A stretch of 64,000 nt of DNA, taken from positions 1,295,521 to 1,359,520 of the forward strand of contig OZ244836.1 in assembly GCA_965220645.1 (NCBI GenBank), given 5' to 3'. Origin of the DNA: Candidatus Aldehydirespirator sp. (lineage in GTDB: Bacteria; Actinomycetota; Acidimicrobiia; Acidimicrobiales; Aldehydirespiratoraceae). Each line of letters begins with the position of its first letter. The stretch's first letter is position 1. Both the position numbers and the translations under genes were made by a program. A model generated the notes under the pieces. That model was not told the DNA's origin. It did not search any database and worked only from the letters and a program-made list of their open reading frames with translations. Below, one piece after another: positions 1-9,358 of this stretch.

Positions 1-1680
1 GAGGTGATATTCGGGCTGCCCGGCGGAGCCATCCTGCCCGTGTACGACCCGATCATCGAGTCGCCGATCCGCCACATCCTCGTGCGCCACGAGCAGGGCG
101 CGGGGCATATGGCCGAGGGCTACGCCCACGCCACCGGGCGCCCCGGCGTGGCGATGATCACCTCCGGTCCGGGAGCCACCAACGGGGTCACCCCGCTGTG
201 CGACGCCTACATGGACTCGATCCCGATGGTGTGCATCACCGGCCAGGTCGCGTACGCCGCGATCGGCACCGACGCCTTCCAGGAGTGCGACACCACCGGC
301 ATCACCCTGTCGGTCACCAAGCACAACTTCTTGGTCACCGAGGCCCAGGACATCCCCCGCATCATCCATGAGGCCTTCCACATCGCCACCACCGGGCGGC
401 CGGGCCCGGTGTTGGTGGACATCCCCAAAGACATCGTCGACCCCCGCAACCCGCGCTCGGCCATGACCTGGTACGAGCCCACCGACGACATCATGGAACT
501 GCCCGGGTACCGCCCCGCCACCACCGGTGATCCCGAGCTGATCCGGGCCGCGGCCGAGCTGATCTGCACCGCCGAGCGCCCCGTGATCTACGCCGGGGGC
601 GGGATCCTCAAGGCTCGGGCCGCGGCCGAGTTACGGGCCCTGGCCGAGTTGATCGACGTCCCGGTGGTCACCACGCTCATGGCCCGGGGGTCCTTCCCCG
701 ACAGCCACGAGCTGTGCCTGGGCATGCCCGGGATGCACGGCAACTTCACCGCGGTCACCGCGATGCAGAGTTCGGATCTGCTCATCGCGCTGGGTGCCCG
801 CTTCGACGACCGGGTCACCGGCCGGCTCGACGGTTTCGCTCCCGACGCCAAGGTGATCCACGTCGACATCGACGCGGCCGAGCTCGGCAAGGTCCGGGCC
901 CCCGATGTGGCCATCCGGGGCGACTGCAAGCTGGTGATCGCGGAGCTGGTCGAGGCCCTGAAGGCCTGCGGCGGCATCGAGGCCCAGCCCGACCGTCGAG
1001 CCTGGCGCTCGCAGATCAGCGGCTGGCAGGAGCGCTACCCGCTCACCTACGAGCAGTCTGAGCCGGGCGAGCTGCTCAAGCCCCAGTACGTGCTGGAGGT
1101 GCTGCGCGACTCGACCCCCGACGACACCATCGTCACCTCGGGCGTGGGCCAGCACCAGATGTGGGCCAGCCAGTACTGGCGTTTCGACCATCCCTACACC
1201 TGGATCAACTCCGGAGGATTGGGAACGATGGGCTTCTCGGTGCCGGCCGCCATCGGGGCCAAGGTCGGGATGCCCGACCGGATGGTGTGGGCCGTCGACG
1301 GCGACGGCTGCTTCCAGATGACGGCCCAGGAGTTGGTCACCGCGTCGATGGAGCGCATCCCCATCAAGGTCGCCCTGTTCAACAACGCGTACCTGGGCAT
1401 GGTCCGCCAGTGGCAGGAGATGTTCTACGAGGAGCGCTACAGCGAGGTGTACCTCTCCTACGAGATCCCCGACTACGTGAAGTGGGCCGAGGCCATGGGC
1501 TGCGTCGGCCTGCGGGTGGAGTCCCCCGAGGAGGTGGCTCCGGCCATCAACAAGGCCAACGAGATCGACGACCGTCCCGTGGTGCTGGAGTTCCGCAGCT
1601 CCGCGGGCGAGAACGTGTTCCCGATGGTCCCCGCGGGCCAGTCCAACTCCGACATCGTCGTCGACCCGTCGCAGCGATGA
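1..1680 (+). CDS. ilvB: Acetolactate synthase large (catalytic) subunit, 5'-truncated by the window edge
   Basis: ORF 4..1680 is open from base 1. TPP-enzyme motifs are present ([28 protein letters not shown]...DGDGCFQM). It is followed by ilvN and ilvC. Confidence 0.95.
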   Translation, partial: EVIFGLPGGAILPVYDPIIESPIRHILVRHEQGAGHMAEGYAHATGRPGVAMITSGPGATNGVTPLCDAYMDSIPMVCITGQVAYAAIGTDAFQECDTTGITLSVTKHNFLVTEAQDIPRIIHEAFHIATTGRPGPVLVDIPKDIVDPRNPRSAMTWYEPTDDIMELPGYRPATTGDPELIRAAAELICTAERPVIYAGGGILKARAAAELRALAELIDVPVVTTLMARGSFPDSHELCLGMPGMHGNFTAVTAMQSSDLLIALGARFDDRVTGRLDGFAPDAKVIHVDIDAAELGKVRAPDVAIRGDCKLVIAELVEALKACGGIEAQPDRRAWRSQISGWQERYPLTYEQSEPGELLKPQYVLEVLRDSTPDDTIVTSGVGQHQMWASQYWRFDHPYTWINSGGLGTMGFSVPAAIGAKVGMPDRMVWAVDGDGCFQMTAQELVTASMERIPIKVALFNNAYLGMVRQWQEMFYEERYSEVYLSYEIPDYVKWAEAMGCVGLRVESPEEVAPAINKANEIDDRPVVLEFRSSAGENVFPMVPAGQSNSDIVVDPSQR

Positions 1681-1711
1681 CGGGCTCGCACACGACCGAT
1701 TTCTCGCAGCG

Positions 1712-2239
1712 ATGACGGCTTCCAGCGCGGCCGCGGCCACCGATCACAACCACCGGTTCCACACCATCGTCACCACGGTGGAGAACAAGCCGGGCGTGCT
1801 GGCCCGGGTGGCGGGGCTGTTCGCCCGCCGGGGCTTCAACATCGAGTCTCTGGCGGTGGCGCCCACCGCCGATGAGCGCTTCAGCCGCATCACATTCACC
1901 GTCGATGTGGCCTCGTCACCGTTGGAGCAGGTGGTCAAGCAACTCGACAAGCTCATCAACGTGGTGGAGATCAGCGAGCTGAGCCCGACGGAGTCCGTGG
2001 AGCGGGAGCTGATGCTGGTAACGGTGGCCGTGGACGTGGCCGGCGGGCGCCGCCACCAATTGCTGGAGCTGATCGACGACTTCCGGGCCTACGTGCTGGA
2101 CCAGAGCCAATCGCAGATGATGATGTCTCTCGCGGCCCGGCCGGCCCGGCTCGACGAGTTCGAGGAGCGTCTGCGAGCCTTCGGGATCGTGCAGCTGCAG
2201 CGCACCGGCCGGGTGGCCCTGCCGTCACTCGACTCCTGA
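1712..2239 (+). CDS. ilvN: Acetolactate synthase small (regulatory, ACT-domain) subunit
   Basis: 175 aa with an ACT-domain signature (TVENKPGVLARVAGLFARRGFNIESLAV). Sits between ilvB and ilvC. Confidence 0.9.
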   Translation: MTASSAAAATDHNHRFHTIVTTVENKPGVLARVAGLFARRGFNIESLAVAPTADERFSRITFTVDVASSPLEQVVKQLDKLINVVEISELSPTESVERELMLVTVAVDVAGGRRHQLLELIDDFRAYVLDQSQSQMMMSLAARPARLDEFEERLRAFGIVQLQRTGRVALPSLDS

Positions 2240-2336
2240 CCCGCTTCGATCGGGTCTGCCCCTACGATCACATCGGCAACACGCGAACATCGGGAACACG
2301 CGACAAGATCCATAACACGCGACAAGAGAGGTTTCT

Positions 2337-3368
2337 GTGGCCAATATCTATTACGAATCCGACGTCGACCGGTCGGCCATTGCCGGCCGGAAGGTGGCCG
2401 TGCTGGGCTACGGCTCACAGGGCCATTCGCACGCTCTCAACCTCAAGGAGTCGGGAATCGACGTGCGGGTCGGCCTGCGCGAGGGCTCGTCGTCGGTGGC
2501 CAAGGCCCAGGAGGCCGGGCTCAAGGTTCGGTCCGTCGGCGATGCGGTCGCCGAGGCGGACGTGACGATGATGCTCATGCCCGACACCGAGATGGGCGCC
2601 ATCTACACCGAGCATGTCGAACCGAACCTGTCGCCGGGCGAGGCGGTGTTCTTCGCCCATGGTTTCAACATCCGCTTCGGACTGATCTCCCCGCCAGACT
2701 CGGTGGACGTGTGCATGGTCGCCCCCAAGGGCCCCGGACATCTGGTGCGGCGCACCTATGTCGAGGGTGGCGGGGTGCCGTGCCTGGTGGCGATCGAGCA
2801 GGACGCGTCCGGCTCGGCGCTGCCGCTGGCCCTGGCCTACGCCGACGCCATCGGCGGGGCCCGGGCCGGGGTGATCGAGACCACCTTCACCGAGGAGACC
2901 GAAACGGACCTGTTCGGCGAGCAGGCCGTGCTGTGCGGCGGCACCACCGCGCTGGTGCAGGCCGCGTTCGAGACGCTGGTGGATGCGGGCTACCAGCCCG
3001 AGATCGCCTACTTCGAGTGCCTCCACGAGTTGAAGCTGATCGTGGACCTCATGTACGAGGAGGGCATCTCCGGGATGCGCTACTCGGTGTCTGACACGGC
3101 CGAATACGGCGACCTGACCCGGGGACCGCGCATCGTCAACGACGCGGTGCGGGCCGAGATGCTGCAAATCCTGGCCGAGGTCCAGGACGGCTCGTTCGCC
3201 AAGGAGTGGGTGGCTGAGAGCCGCGGCGGCCGGGCCAACTTCCTGCGCCTGGAGGCGGCCGGCCACGAGCATCCCGTCGAGAAGGTGGGTGAGGAACTCA
3301 GGGCCATGATGCCGTGGATATCAGCCGGCAAGGCGTCGGTGAAGGAGACCTCTGGTGGACAGGGCTAG
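2337..3368 (+). CDS. ilvC: Ketol-acid reductoisomerase
   Basis: 343 aa. N-terminal NADP-binding segment ([22 protein letters not shown]). GTG start preceded by AGAGAGG. Confidence 0.95.
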   Translation: MANIYYESDVDRSAIAGRKVAVLGYGSQGHSHALNLKESGIDVRVGLREGSSSVAKAQEAGLKVRSVGDAVAEADVTMMLMPDTEMGAIYTEHVEPNLSPGEAVFFAHGFNIRFGLISPPDSVDVCMVAPKGPGHLVRRTYVEGGGVPCLVAIEQDASGSALPLALAYADAIGGARAGVIETTFTEETETDLFGEQAVLCGGTTALVQAAFETLVDAGYQPEIAYFECLHELKLIVDLMYEEGISGMRYSVSDTAEYGDLTRGPRIVNDAVRAEMLQILAEVQDGSFAKEWVAESRGGRANFLRLEAAGHEHPVEKVGEELRAMMPWISAGKASVKETSGGQG

Positions 3369-3843
3369 CCGGGCACCTGTGATCGACATAGGCATCGACG
3401 AGGCCGACCGCATCGCCATCGCTGAGGGGCTGTCGCGGCTGCTGGCCGACAGCTACACGCTGTATCTGAAGACCCACAACTACCACTGGAACGTGGTCGG
3501 GCCCATGTTCAACACGCTGCACCTGATGTTCGAGGAGCAGTACACCGAACTGGCTATGGCCGTCGACCAGATCGCCGAGCGCATCCGGGCGCTGGGCGAG
3601 CCCGCGCCGGGCAGCTACCGCGAGTTCGCCTCGCTGTCGTCGGTGTCGGAGGAGGACGACCAGCCCGACGCCAACGAGATGATCCGGCGCCTGGTGGAGG
3701 GCCAGGAGACAGTGGTGCGCACCGCCCGGTCGGTGTTCGGTGCCACCGAGAAGGCCGGCGACGAGGCCTCAGCCGACCTGCTCACCCAGCGCATGCAGGT
3801 CCACGAAAAAACAGCCTGGATGCTCCGCAGCCTCCTCGCCTGA
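3355..3843 (+). CDS. dps: Dps-family DNA-protection/ferritin-like protein
   Basis: 162 aa with the motif [28 protein letters not shown]. The start overlaps the ilvC stop, so the exact start is uncertain. Confidence 0.85.
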   Translation: MDRASRAPVIDIGIDEADRIAIAEGLSRLLADSYTLYLKTHNYHWNVVGPMFNTLHLMFEEQYTELAMAVDQIAERIRALGEPAPGSYREFASLSSVSEEDDQPDANEMIRRLVEGQETVVRTARSVFGATEKAGDEASADLLTQRMQVHEKTAWMLRSLLA

Positions 3844-3855
3844 GTGGGACTTGGC

Positions 3856-5355
3856 CTACTGGAACGACACGTACACAATCTCGGGTGACAGCTCCAGCAC
3901 CTGCTCCGGAGTGGCCATCGGACTGTCCTCGTCGTAGAAGTTCTTCCATCCCCAGTGGAAGCGGTCAGCATCGGCCAGGCCGGTAAGCGTGTTCCAGGTG
4001 TTGTACTTGGCGCCCAGGGAGCCCTGGCCGTCCATGTGGATCAGTACTGCCAGTTCTGGGGGTGTCTCGATCTGCTCGCGGTTGGTGATCATGGAGAACC
4101 GGAACTGGTGAACGATCAGCAGCTTCTGGGGAAGGGCCTCTTCCCTGACGATCCCGGACAGCCACTCCACAACCCCGTTGATCTCAGCGGCGTCCACCGT
4201 GCCGACTTGTCTCAAGTGGACCTGGTCCGGCTTGAGCCTCCACTCCGGATCAAGTGCGAGCCCGACGTGGGGCAGGCGCAAGAACTCCTCGTAGTGCTTG
4301 GCCTGCGAGAGAAAATCCGACCGTCCCGGCTGAAGGTCCAATACCACGTACACGTCGTTGGCTGCCGCCGCCTCGATCCAGGGCCTGATCACTTCGTGAT
4401 CGGTCAGCCTCGAGTAGTTCCCGTCAGCGCCGGCGGAGGCGGAGGCGACGGTGGCGATGATCTCAAAGGTGGGCAGCACCACTGATCCGTCCGCCCCGTA
4501 GCCCTCGGCTATGGATTGAAGGCGTTTCACCGCGTCCTCGGGACCTTGCTCACCCAACACACCGAGACCCGCTGTCGACGGATGGCCGTACATGGCCACC
4601 AGGCGGCGATCCGGGCTCCCATCACCCGGCTCGAACAAGAGCAGGCCGCCACCAGGCAACTCCTCGCCGACCTCCACATGCTCGACCTCGGGTCCGGCTG
4701 TCGCGTCGTTTGGGGGTTGTTCGTCGGTTCCGGCTGTCGTGTCGTTTGGGGGTTGTTCGTCGGTTCCGGCTGTCGTGTCGTTTGGGGGTTGTTCGTCGGT
4801 TCCGGCTGTCGTGTCGTTTGGGGGTTGTTCGTCGGTTCCGGCTGTCGTGTCGCCGGAGGGCTGTTCATCGGCTCCAGCCGCCACCTCGCCCTGCGGCTCC
4901 AAGGGCCCGGGCTCCTCAATCAGCGGGACATCTGAATCAGGATCCGCCACCAACGGCGGGTCTTCAATGTCGCCGGACGCCAGAGTGGAGATCGCTGCGG
5001 GGTCTTCGGCCGGCGCTTCCAGAACGGCAGGCTCGATCGGCGGCGGTTCCGAAGTGGACGGGGGAGGTGACGAATCCGGATCTGGCACCGGTGCGACTGT
5101 GGGCTCCTCAGCCGCTGGCTGCTCCGCCGCAAGCCCGGTCTCGGGGAGGGGGGCGGTCGGTTGTGCGGTGGCAGCCGCTGCGTCGGTCGAGTCAGTGGCG
5201 GGTTCGAGGGCCCCAGCGCGCTCTCCAGTGAAGTGCGGTCCGGCCTCGCTGGAAAGGGTGTCCCTCGCGCATGAGGAGGTCAAGAGCGTTACGCACAGGC
5301 AGATGCCGGCGGCAAGGCGATGAGGACGGTGAGGTCGCGTCGACATGGTCGGCAC
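3856..5355 (-). CDS. Secreted lipoprotein with a Pro/Thr/Asp-rich tandem-repeat linker and a conserved C-terminal domain of unknown function
   Basis: N-terminus MPTMSTRPHRPHRLAAGICLCVTLLTSSC carries a lipobox-like LTSSC. The unit GTDEQPPNDTTA is repeated about 4.5 times. The C-terminal ~270 aa are non-repetitive. The start may be M1 or M4. Confidence 0.6.
   Translation of the reverse strand: MPTMSTRPHRPHRLAAGICLCVTLLTSSCARDTLSSEAGPHFTGERAGALEPATDSTDAAAATAQPTAPLPETGLAAEQPAAEEPTVAPVPDPDSSPPPSTSEPPPIEPAVLEAPAEDPAAISTLASGDIEDPPLVADPDSDVPLIEEPGPLEPQGEVAAGADEQPSGDTTAGTDEQPPNDTTAGTDEQPPNDTTAGTDEQPPNDTTAGTDEQPPNDATAGPEVEHVEVGEELPGGGLLLFEPGDGSPDRRLVAMYGHPSTAGLGVLGEQGPEDAVKRLQSIAEGYGADGSVVLPTFEIIATVASASAGADGNYSRLTDHEVIRPWIEAAAANDVYVVLDLQPGRSDFLSQAKHYEEFLRLPHVGLALDPEWRLKPDQVHLRQVGTVDAAEINGVVEWLSGIVREEALPQKLLIVHQFRFSMITNREQIETPPELAVLIHMDGQGSLGAKYNTWNTLTGLADADRFHWGWKNFYDEDSPMATPEQVLELSPEIVYVSFQ
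4692..4856. repeat. 36-bp tandem repeat (~4.5 copies) inside the lipoprotein CDS
   Basis: The unit tccggctgtcgtgtcgtttgggggttgttcgtcggt is repeated head-to-tail. It encodes (GTDEQPPNDTTA)n on the minus strand. Confidence 0.9.
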
Positions 5356-5553
5356 TGGACGCTAGCTACTTCGTTTCCCGCCGCCGCGTCAATGCTCGAA
5401 TGCGCTCTCGGCGGCCAGGGCCTGACCGGAGCCGCCGCCAACAGCATGCCGTCGCGTCAATGCTCGAATGCGTCCTTGGATGTCATGCCGGGGCCGCGCA
5501 GTGGTCGGCCGGCCGTCTCGTGGCTACCGCCCCGGGAGCGGAGAACTCGGCTG

Positions 5554-6756
5554 TTAGTTGAGGCGTTCGACGATCATGGCCATGCCCTGGCCGCCGCCCA
5601 CGCACATGGATTCGAGGCCGATGGTGTTGTCGGCGTCCTCGAGACCGTTGAGCAGGGTGCACATGATGCGCGACCCGGTCATGCCGAAGGGATGGCCCAG
5701 CGCGATCGACCCGCCGTTGGGGTTGAGCTTGTCGTAGTCGATGCCCAGATCGTCGGCCGAGGGCAGCACCTGGGCCGCGAAGGCCTCGTTGATCTCGACA
5801 TGGTCGATGTCGTCGATGGTCATCCCGGCTCGGCCCAGGGCCTGGCGGCAGGCGTCGATCGGGCCGAGGCCCATGATCTCCGGATTGAGCGCCGACACGC
5901 CAGTGGACACGATCCGGGCCAGCGGCGTGGCCCCCACCGCGGCCGCCTTGGCGTCGGACATCACCACCACCGCGGCGGCGCCGTCGTTGAGGGGGCAGCA
6001 GTTGCCGGCGGTGACCGTGCCGTCGGGCCGGAACACCGGTCTGAGTTGTGAGACACCCTCGATGGTGGTGCCCTCCCGGATGCCGTCGTCATGGCGCACC
6101 TCGTTGCCGCCATCCAGCGGGTAGGGGGTGATCTCGCGCTCGAAGAAGCCCCGGCTGCGGGCCGCCTCGGCCCGGTTCTGGGACCGCACGCCCCACTCGT
6201 CCTGGGCCTGGCGGGACACGCCCTTGAGCTGGGCCACGTTCTCGGCGGTCTGGCCCATGGCGATGTAGATGTCGGGCAGGCCCTTCGGGGGAGCCCACGA
6301 CTCGGCGCCTCCGGTCGTGCGCTCAGCGGTGCGGCCCTGGGCTGCGGCGAAGTCGTCGTTGTGGGGGCCGCTGTCGGCGGCGCCGTACTCGTAGCGGGAC
6401 ACGGTCTCCACGCCCCCGGCCACGAAGCAGTCGCCCTCGCCGGCCTTGATGGCGTGGGCGGCCATGCGGATGGTCTGAAGCGACGACGAGCAGTAGCGGT
6501 TGACGGTCACGCCGGGAGCGTTCACCCCGGCCAGGATTGAGGCGACCCGGGCGACGTTGTAGCCGCCCTCCCCGCCGGGCTGGCCGATGCCCCAGATCAC
6601 GTCCTCGATGTCGGCGGCGTCGAGGCCGGGCACCTTGGACAGCACGTCGCCGATGATGAACGCCGACATGTCGTCGGGCCGGGCTTCGATGAGTGATCCC
6701 TTGACGGCCCGGCCGATTGGGGTGCGGGCGGTGGCGACGATGACGGCTTCAGGCAT
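5554..6756 (-). CDS. Acetyl-CoA C-acetyl/acyltransferase (thiolase)
   Basis: 400 aa. Motifs: MPEAVIVATARTPIGRA, active-site NRYCSSSLQ, C-terminal CVGGGQGMAMIVE. Confidence 0.9.
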   Translation of the reverse strand: MPEAVIVATARTPIGRAVKGSLIEARPDDMSAFIIGDVLSKVPGLDAADIEDVIWGIGQPGGEGGYNVARVASILAGVNAPGVTVNRYCSSSLQTIRMAAHAIKAGEGDCFVAGGVETVSRYEYGAADSGPHNDDFAAAQGRTAERTTGGAESWAPPKGLPDIYIAMGQTAENVAQLKGVSRQAQDEWGVRSQNRAEAARSRGFFEREITPYPLDGGNEVRHDDGIREGTTIEGVSQLRPVFRPDGTVTAGNCCPLNDGAAAVVVMSDAKAAAVGATPLARIVSTGVSALNPEIMGLGPIDACRQALGRAGMTIDDIDHVEINEAFAAQVLPSADDLGIDYDKLNPNGGSIALGHPFGMTGSRIMCTLLNGLEDADNTIGLESMCVGGGQGMAMIVERLN

Positions 6757-6865
6757 GACGGCTCCTTGTGTGTCGGTGGTGTTCCGTTCCGCACCGGCGC
6801 GGCGGTTCGATCGACAACGTTAGGAGGCGAACGGCTGGTTCGCAGGCCCGCATCGCCCCCCTCCC

Positions 6866-6991
6866 GGAATTGGCAGCGCTCGGCTCCTTCTTGGGACCGC
6901 CCGGCTGCCAGTTCGCGGGGTAGTTCTTGCTTGCTTCGGAATTGGCAGCGTCTAGCTCCCTTTCGGGCTCTCTGCGCTGCCAGTTCGCGGG
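6866..6991. repeat. Two tandem ~55-nt units (period 72 bp), each an imperfect inverted repeat
   Basis: Each unit reads GGAATTGGCAGCG-N26-GCTGCCAGTTCGCGGG (6866-6920 and 6938-6991). The arms are complementary at 10-11 of 11-12 positions. Located in the divergent thiolase/ALDH intergenic region. Confidence 0.8.
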
Positions 6992-7035
6992 AGATTCGCT
7001 CGATACCTCAAGGCAGGCGGCAGTAGGATCGCCCG

Positions 7036-8520
7036 GTGCCCAACGACATCGGCGACACCCGCATTGACGCCGAGCGGGTCTGGAAGCTGCTGGTCGGCGG
7101 GGAGTGGGTCGACCCTGGCGCGGGGACCTACCCCGTCATCGACCCCAACGACGGCACCGTGGTGGGGCAAGCTCCCGAAGCAACCGCGAGTCAGGCGGCG
7201 GACGCGGCCCGGGCGGCCCGCGACGCCCTGCCGGGGTGGCGGGCCCTGAGTCCCGAAGCGCGAGGCAACCGCCTGTCCCGCCTGGCCGATGTGATCGAGC
7301 GGATGGCGCCCTCGTGGCTCCGGCTCGTGCAGGCCGAGACCGGCTCCGTCACCTCCATCGCCAAGGGCCTGCAGGTGGGCGGGCCCATGATCGATCGGTT
7401 CCGTTACTACTCGAAGCCGATCAATGTCGACGACGATGTGGCCCCGATGCCGGCGGAGGCGGGGGCGCTGGGCCCGGCCGGACTGATCGCGGCCACGGTG
7501 AAGCGTCACCCGGTGGGGGTGGTGGCCTGCATCACCCCCTACAACATGCCGCTGGTGAACGTGGCCGGCAAGATCGCTCCGGCGCTGGCCGCCGGGAACA
7601 CGGTGGTGATCAAGCCCGCCCCCCAGGATCCGCTGGGCGTGCTGCTGCTGGGCGAGGCGGTGGCCGAGGCCGATCTCGACGACGGCGTGGTCAACATCGT
7701 CACCGGCTCCGGGCCGGAAGCGCCTGCTGCCCTAGTGGCCTCGCCCGATGTCAACATGGTGTCGTTCACGGGCTCGACGCAGGTGGGGGCCCGCATCTAC
7801 GCGGACGGCGCGGCCACCATGAAACGGGTGCTGATGGAGCTCGGCGGCAAGGGCGCGCTGGTGATGACTGAGGATGCCGACGTGAACGCGGCCTGCATGG
7901 GTATCGCCACCACCTGGGGGCTCCACTCGGGTCAGATCTGCACCGCCCCCACCCGGGTGATCTGCCATCACAGTATCCTCGATCAGACGGTGGAGACGCT
8001 CAAGACCTTCGCAGGCTTCATGAACGTGGGCGACGGCCGTGCGCCAGACACGATCGTCGGCCCGGTCATCACCGATGTCCACCGCGATCGGGTAGAGGAA
8101 TTCATAGCGGGCGGGATCGACGCCGGAGCGACTGCGGTGTGCGGCGGGCAGCGGCCCGACCTGCCCGGCTACTTCGTGGCGCCCACCCTGCTGGTGGACG
8201 TCACCGCCGACATGACCGTGGTGCGCGACGAGGCCTTCGGCCCGGTGGTGGTGGTGCTGGCCCACGACGACGACGACGAGGCGGTGGCGTTGGCCAACGA
8301 CTCGGCCTACGGCCTGTTCTCCTACGTGTACGCCGGCGACGCCAAGCGGGCCTACGAGATCGGCTGCCGGCTCGAGTCGGGCAACGTGGCCCTAAACACG
8401 GTGCAGCCCCACATGTACGCCCCCTTCGGCGGGTTCAAGATGTCGGGCATCGGCCGCGACAGGGGCAAGTGGGGCATAGAGGCCTACACCGAGATCCAAG
8501 CCATCAACTGGCTCTCCTAG
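7036..8520 (+). CDS. NAD(P)-dependent aldehyde dehydrogenase family protein
   Basis: 494 aa with ALDH hallmarks: FTGSTQVG, ELGGKG, and catalytic-Cys region GQICTAP. Confidence 0.9.
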   Translation: MPNDIGDTRIDAERVWKLLVGGEWVDPGAGTYPVIDPNDGTVVGQAPEATASQAADAARAARDALPGWRALSPEARGNRLSRLADVIERMAPSWLRLVQAETGSVTSIAKGLQVGGPMIDRFRYYSKPINVDDDVAPMPAEAGALGPAGLIAATVKRHPVGVVACITPYNMPLVNVAGKIAPALAAGNTVVIKPAPQDPLGVLLLGEAVAEADLDDGVVNIVTGSGPEAPAALVASPDVNMVSFTGSTQVGARIYADGAATMKRVLMELGGKGALVMTEDADVNAACMGIATTWGLHSGQICTAPTRVICHHSILDQTVETLKTFAGFMNVGDGRAPDTIVGPVITDVHRDRVEEFIAGGIDAGATAVCGGQRPDLPGYFVAPTLLVDVTADMTVVRDEAFGPVVVVLAHDDDDEAVALANDSAYGLFSYVYAGDAKRAYEIGCRLESGNVALNTVQPHMYAPFGGFKMSGIGRDRGKWGIEAYTEIQAINWLS

Positions 8521-8581
8521 ATACACTGAAAATTATTGAAATAATCCACCGCTGAGCCTGCTGGCTGTGCCATAATGCGGC

Positions 8582-8854
8582 ATGACTCCTGATCCGATCC
8601 TCGACAAGTTGGAAGCTACTTTCGAAAAGCGTCGCGTCGAATTGTTGGCGACAGAAGAGGGACGCTGGGCGGTCTTTGTGCAGCCGCGTGACCGTCGCCG
8701 CCGGCCGGAGTACCTGGGCTGCTTCGACGACGAGCACGCGGCGTGTGCCGCTGGCTTCGGGAGCACCATCGGCCGGCGCTTCCTTATCAAAGAGGTCTTG
8801 GAGAGGGACCGGGTGATCAGCGTTCCGTGGGCGGTGTTGGTCGATCATCGCTGA
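8582..8854 (+). CDS. Small hypothetical protein (90 aa) in a low-GC islet
   Basis: ATG start 5 nt after a CATAAT hexamer, so it may be leaderless. Ends in a tandem stop TGATGA. No motif recognised with confidence. Confidence 0.4.
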   Translation: MTPDPILDKLEATFEKRRVELLATEEGRWAVFVQPRDRRRRPEYLGCFDDEHAACAAGFGSTIGRRFLIKEVLERDRVISVPWAVLVDHR

Positions 8855-8855
8855 T

Positions 8856-9332
8856 GAACATGAGTATTCGCGGGTCGTTGGTCGCGTTGAGCAGCACGGC
8901 CCGATTGTTGATGTCGAGGTACATCTGACACCCTTCGAACTCGGGGGATACAACGCGGCTACAAGTACGCCCCCACTTCCATATCGCACACGAGGCATCC
9001 TTGATACTGGAGCCGAGCGAACGTGCATCCGGTTGGGCATTGCTGAGACGCTGTCGTTATCGTTGGTGGGGCGCGCCGGCCTCCGGACTGCACTCAGGGA
9101 GGAAACCGTTGGCGTCTATTTCGTATCGCTTCTGCTGGGGTGGCAACAAGATCATCCGCCGGATCGCATCTCTGTCCGTGCACTCGCGCCTCCAGAAGTG
9201 CTAGGGGCTGAGGTCCTAATCGGCCTCGACGTGCTTCGCCACGGAAAGCTGACTGTTGACGGCCCCAAGGGCGAGTACGACCTGCTCCTGCTGCGAACCG
9301 ACCGTGCAGCCCCTGAGGGCTGCGCTGAGTAG
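8856..9332 (+). CDS. Retropepsin-like (clan AA) aspartic protease; no canonical in-frame start, possibly frameshifted or a pseudogene
   Basis: The frame is open from 8817. It reads ...GPIVDVEVHL...RGILDTGAERTCIRLGIAETL...LIGLDVLRHGKLTVDG. The DTGA active-site motif is at 9003-9014. The ORF track only calls it from TTG 9033, which lies downstream of the catalytic Asp. Confidence 0.55.
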   Translation, partial: EHEYSRVVGRVEQHGPIVDVEVHLTPFELGGYNAATSTPPLPYRTRGILDTGAERTCIRLGIAETLSLSLVGRAGLRTALREETVGVYFVSLLLGWQQDHPPDRISVRALAPPEVLGAEVLIGLDVLRHGKLTVDGPKGEYDLLLLRTDRAAPEGCAE

Positions 9333-9358
9333 TGCGCAGCCCTACGCGTCGCGCCGTC

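Noticed and set aside
631-1740. Minus-strand ORF of 369 aa. There are similar antisense ORFs at 12828..13937, 38475..39530, 39678..41048, 44358..45482 and 59796..61013.
   Set aside because: Each lies opposite a confidently identified gene (ilvB, ligJ, plsC, icd, mdh, SNF2 helicase) and shows shadow-ORF composition.
3856-4700. The C-terminal domain of the lipoprotein was considered as a possible glycoside-hydrolase-like (TIM-barrel) domain.
   Set aside because: This was only a vague resemblance from memory (LDLQPG...LALDPEW). No catalytic motif could be pointed to, so no functional call is made.
4692-4856. The regular 36-bp repeats here, and the 34-bp repeats at 13922-14057, were considered as a possible CRISPR array.
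   Set aside because: The repeats are directly contiguous with no unique spacers. One set lies inside a CDS and encodes a peptide repeat. The other set is a duplicated gene junction. No cas genes are present.
8504-9040. Minus-strand 178-aa ORF across the low-GC islet.
   Set aside because: The plus strand here carries a recognisable retropepsin-like sequence with a DTGA motif. The minus-strand translation has no motif and overlaps the ALDH stop region.
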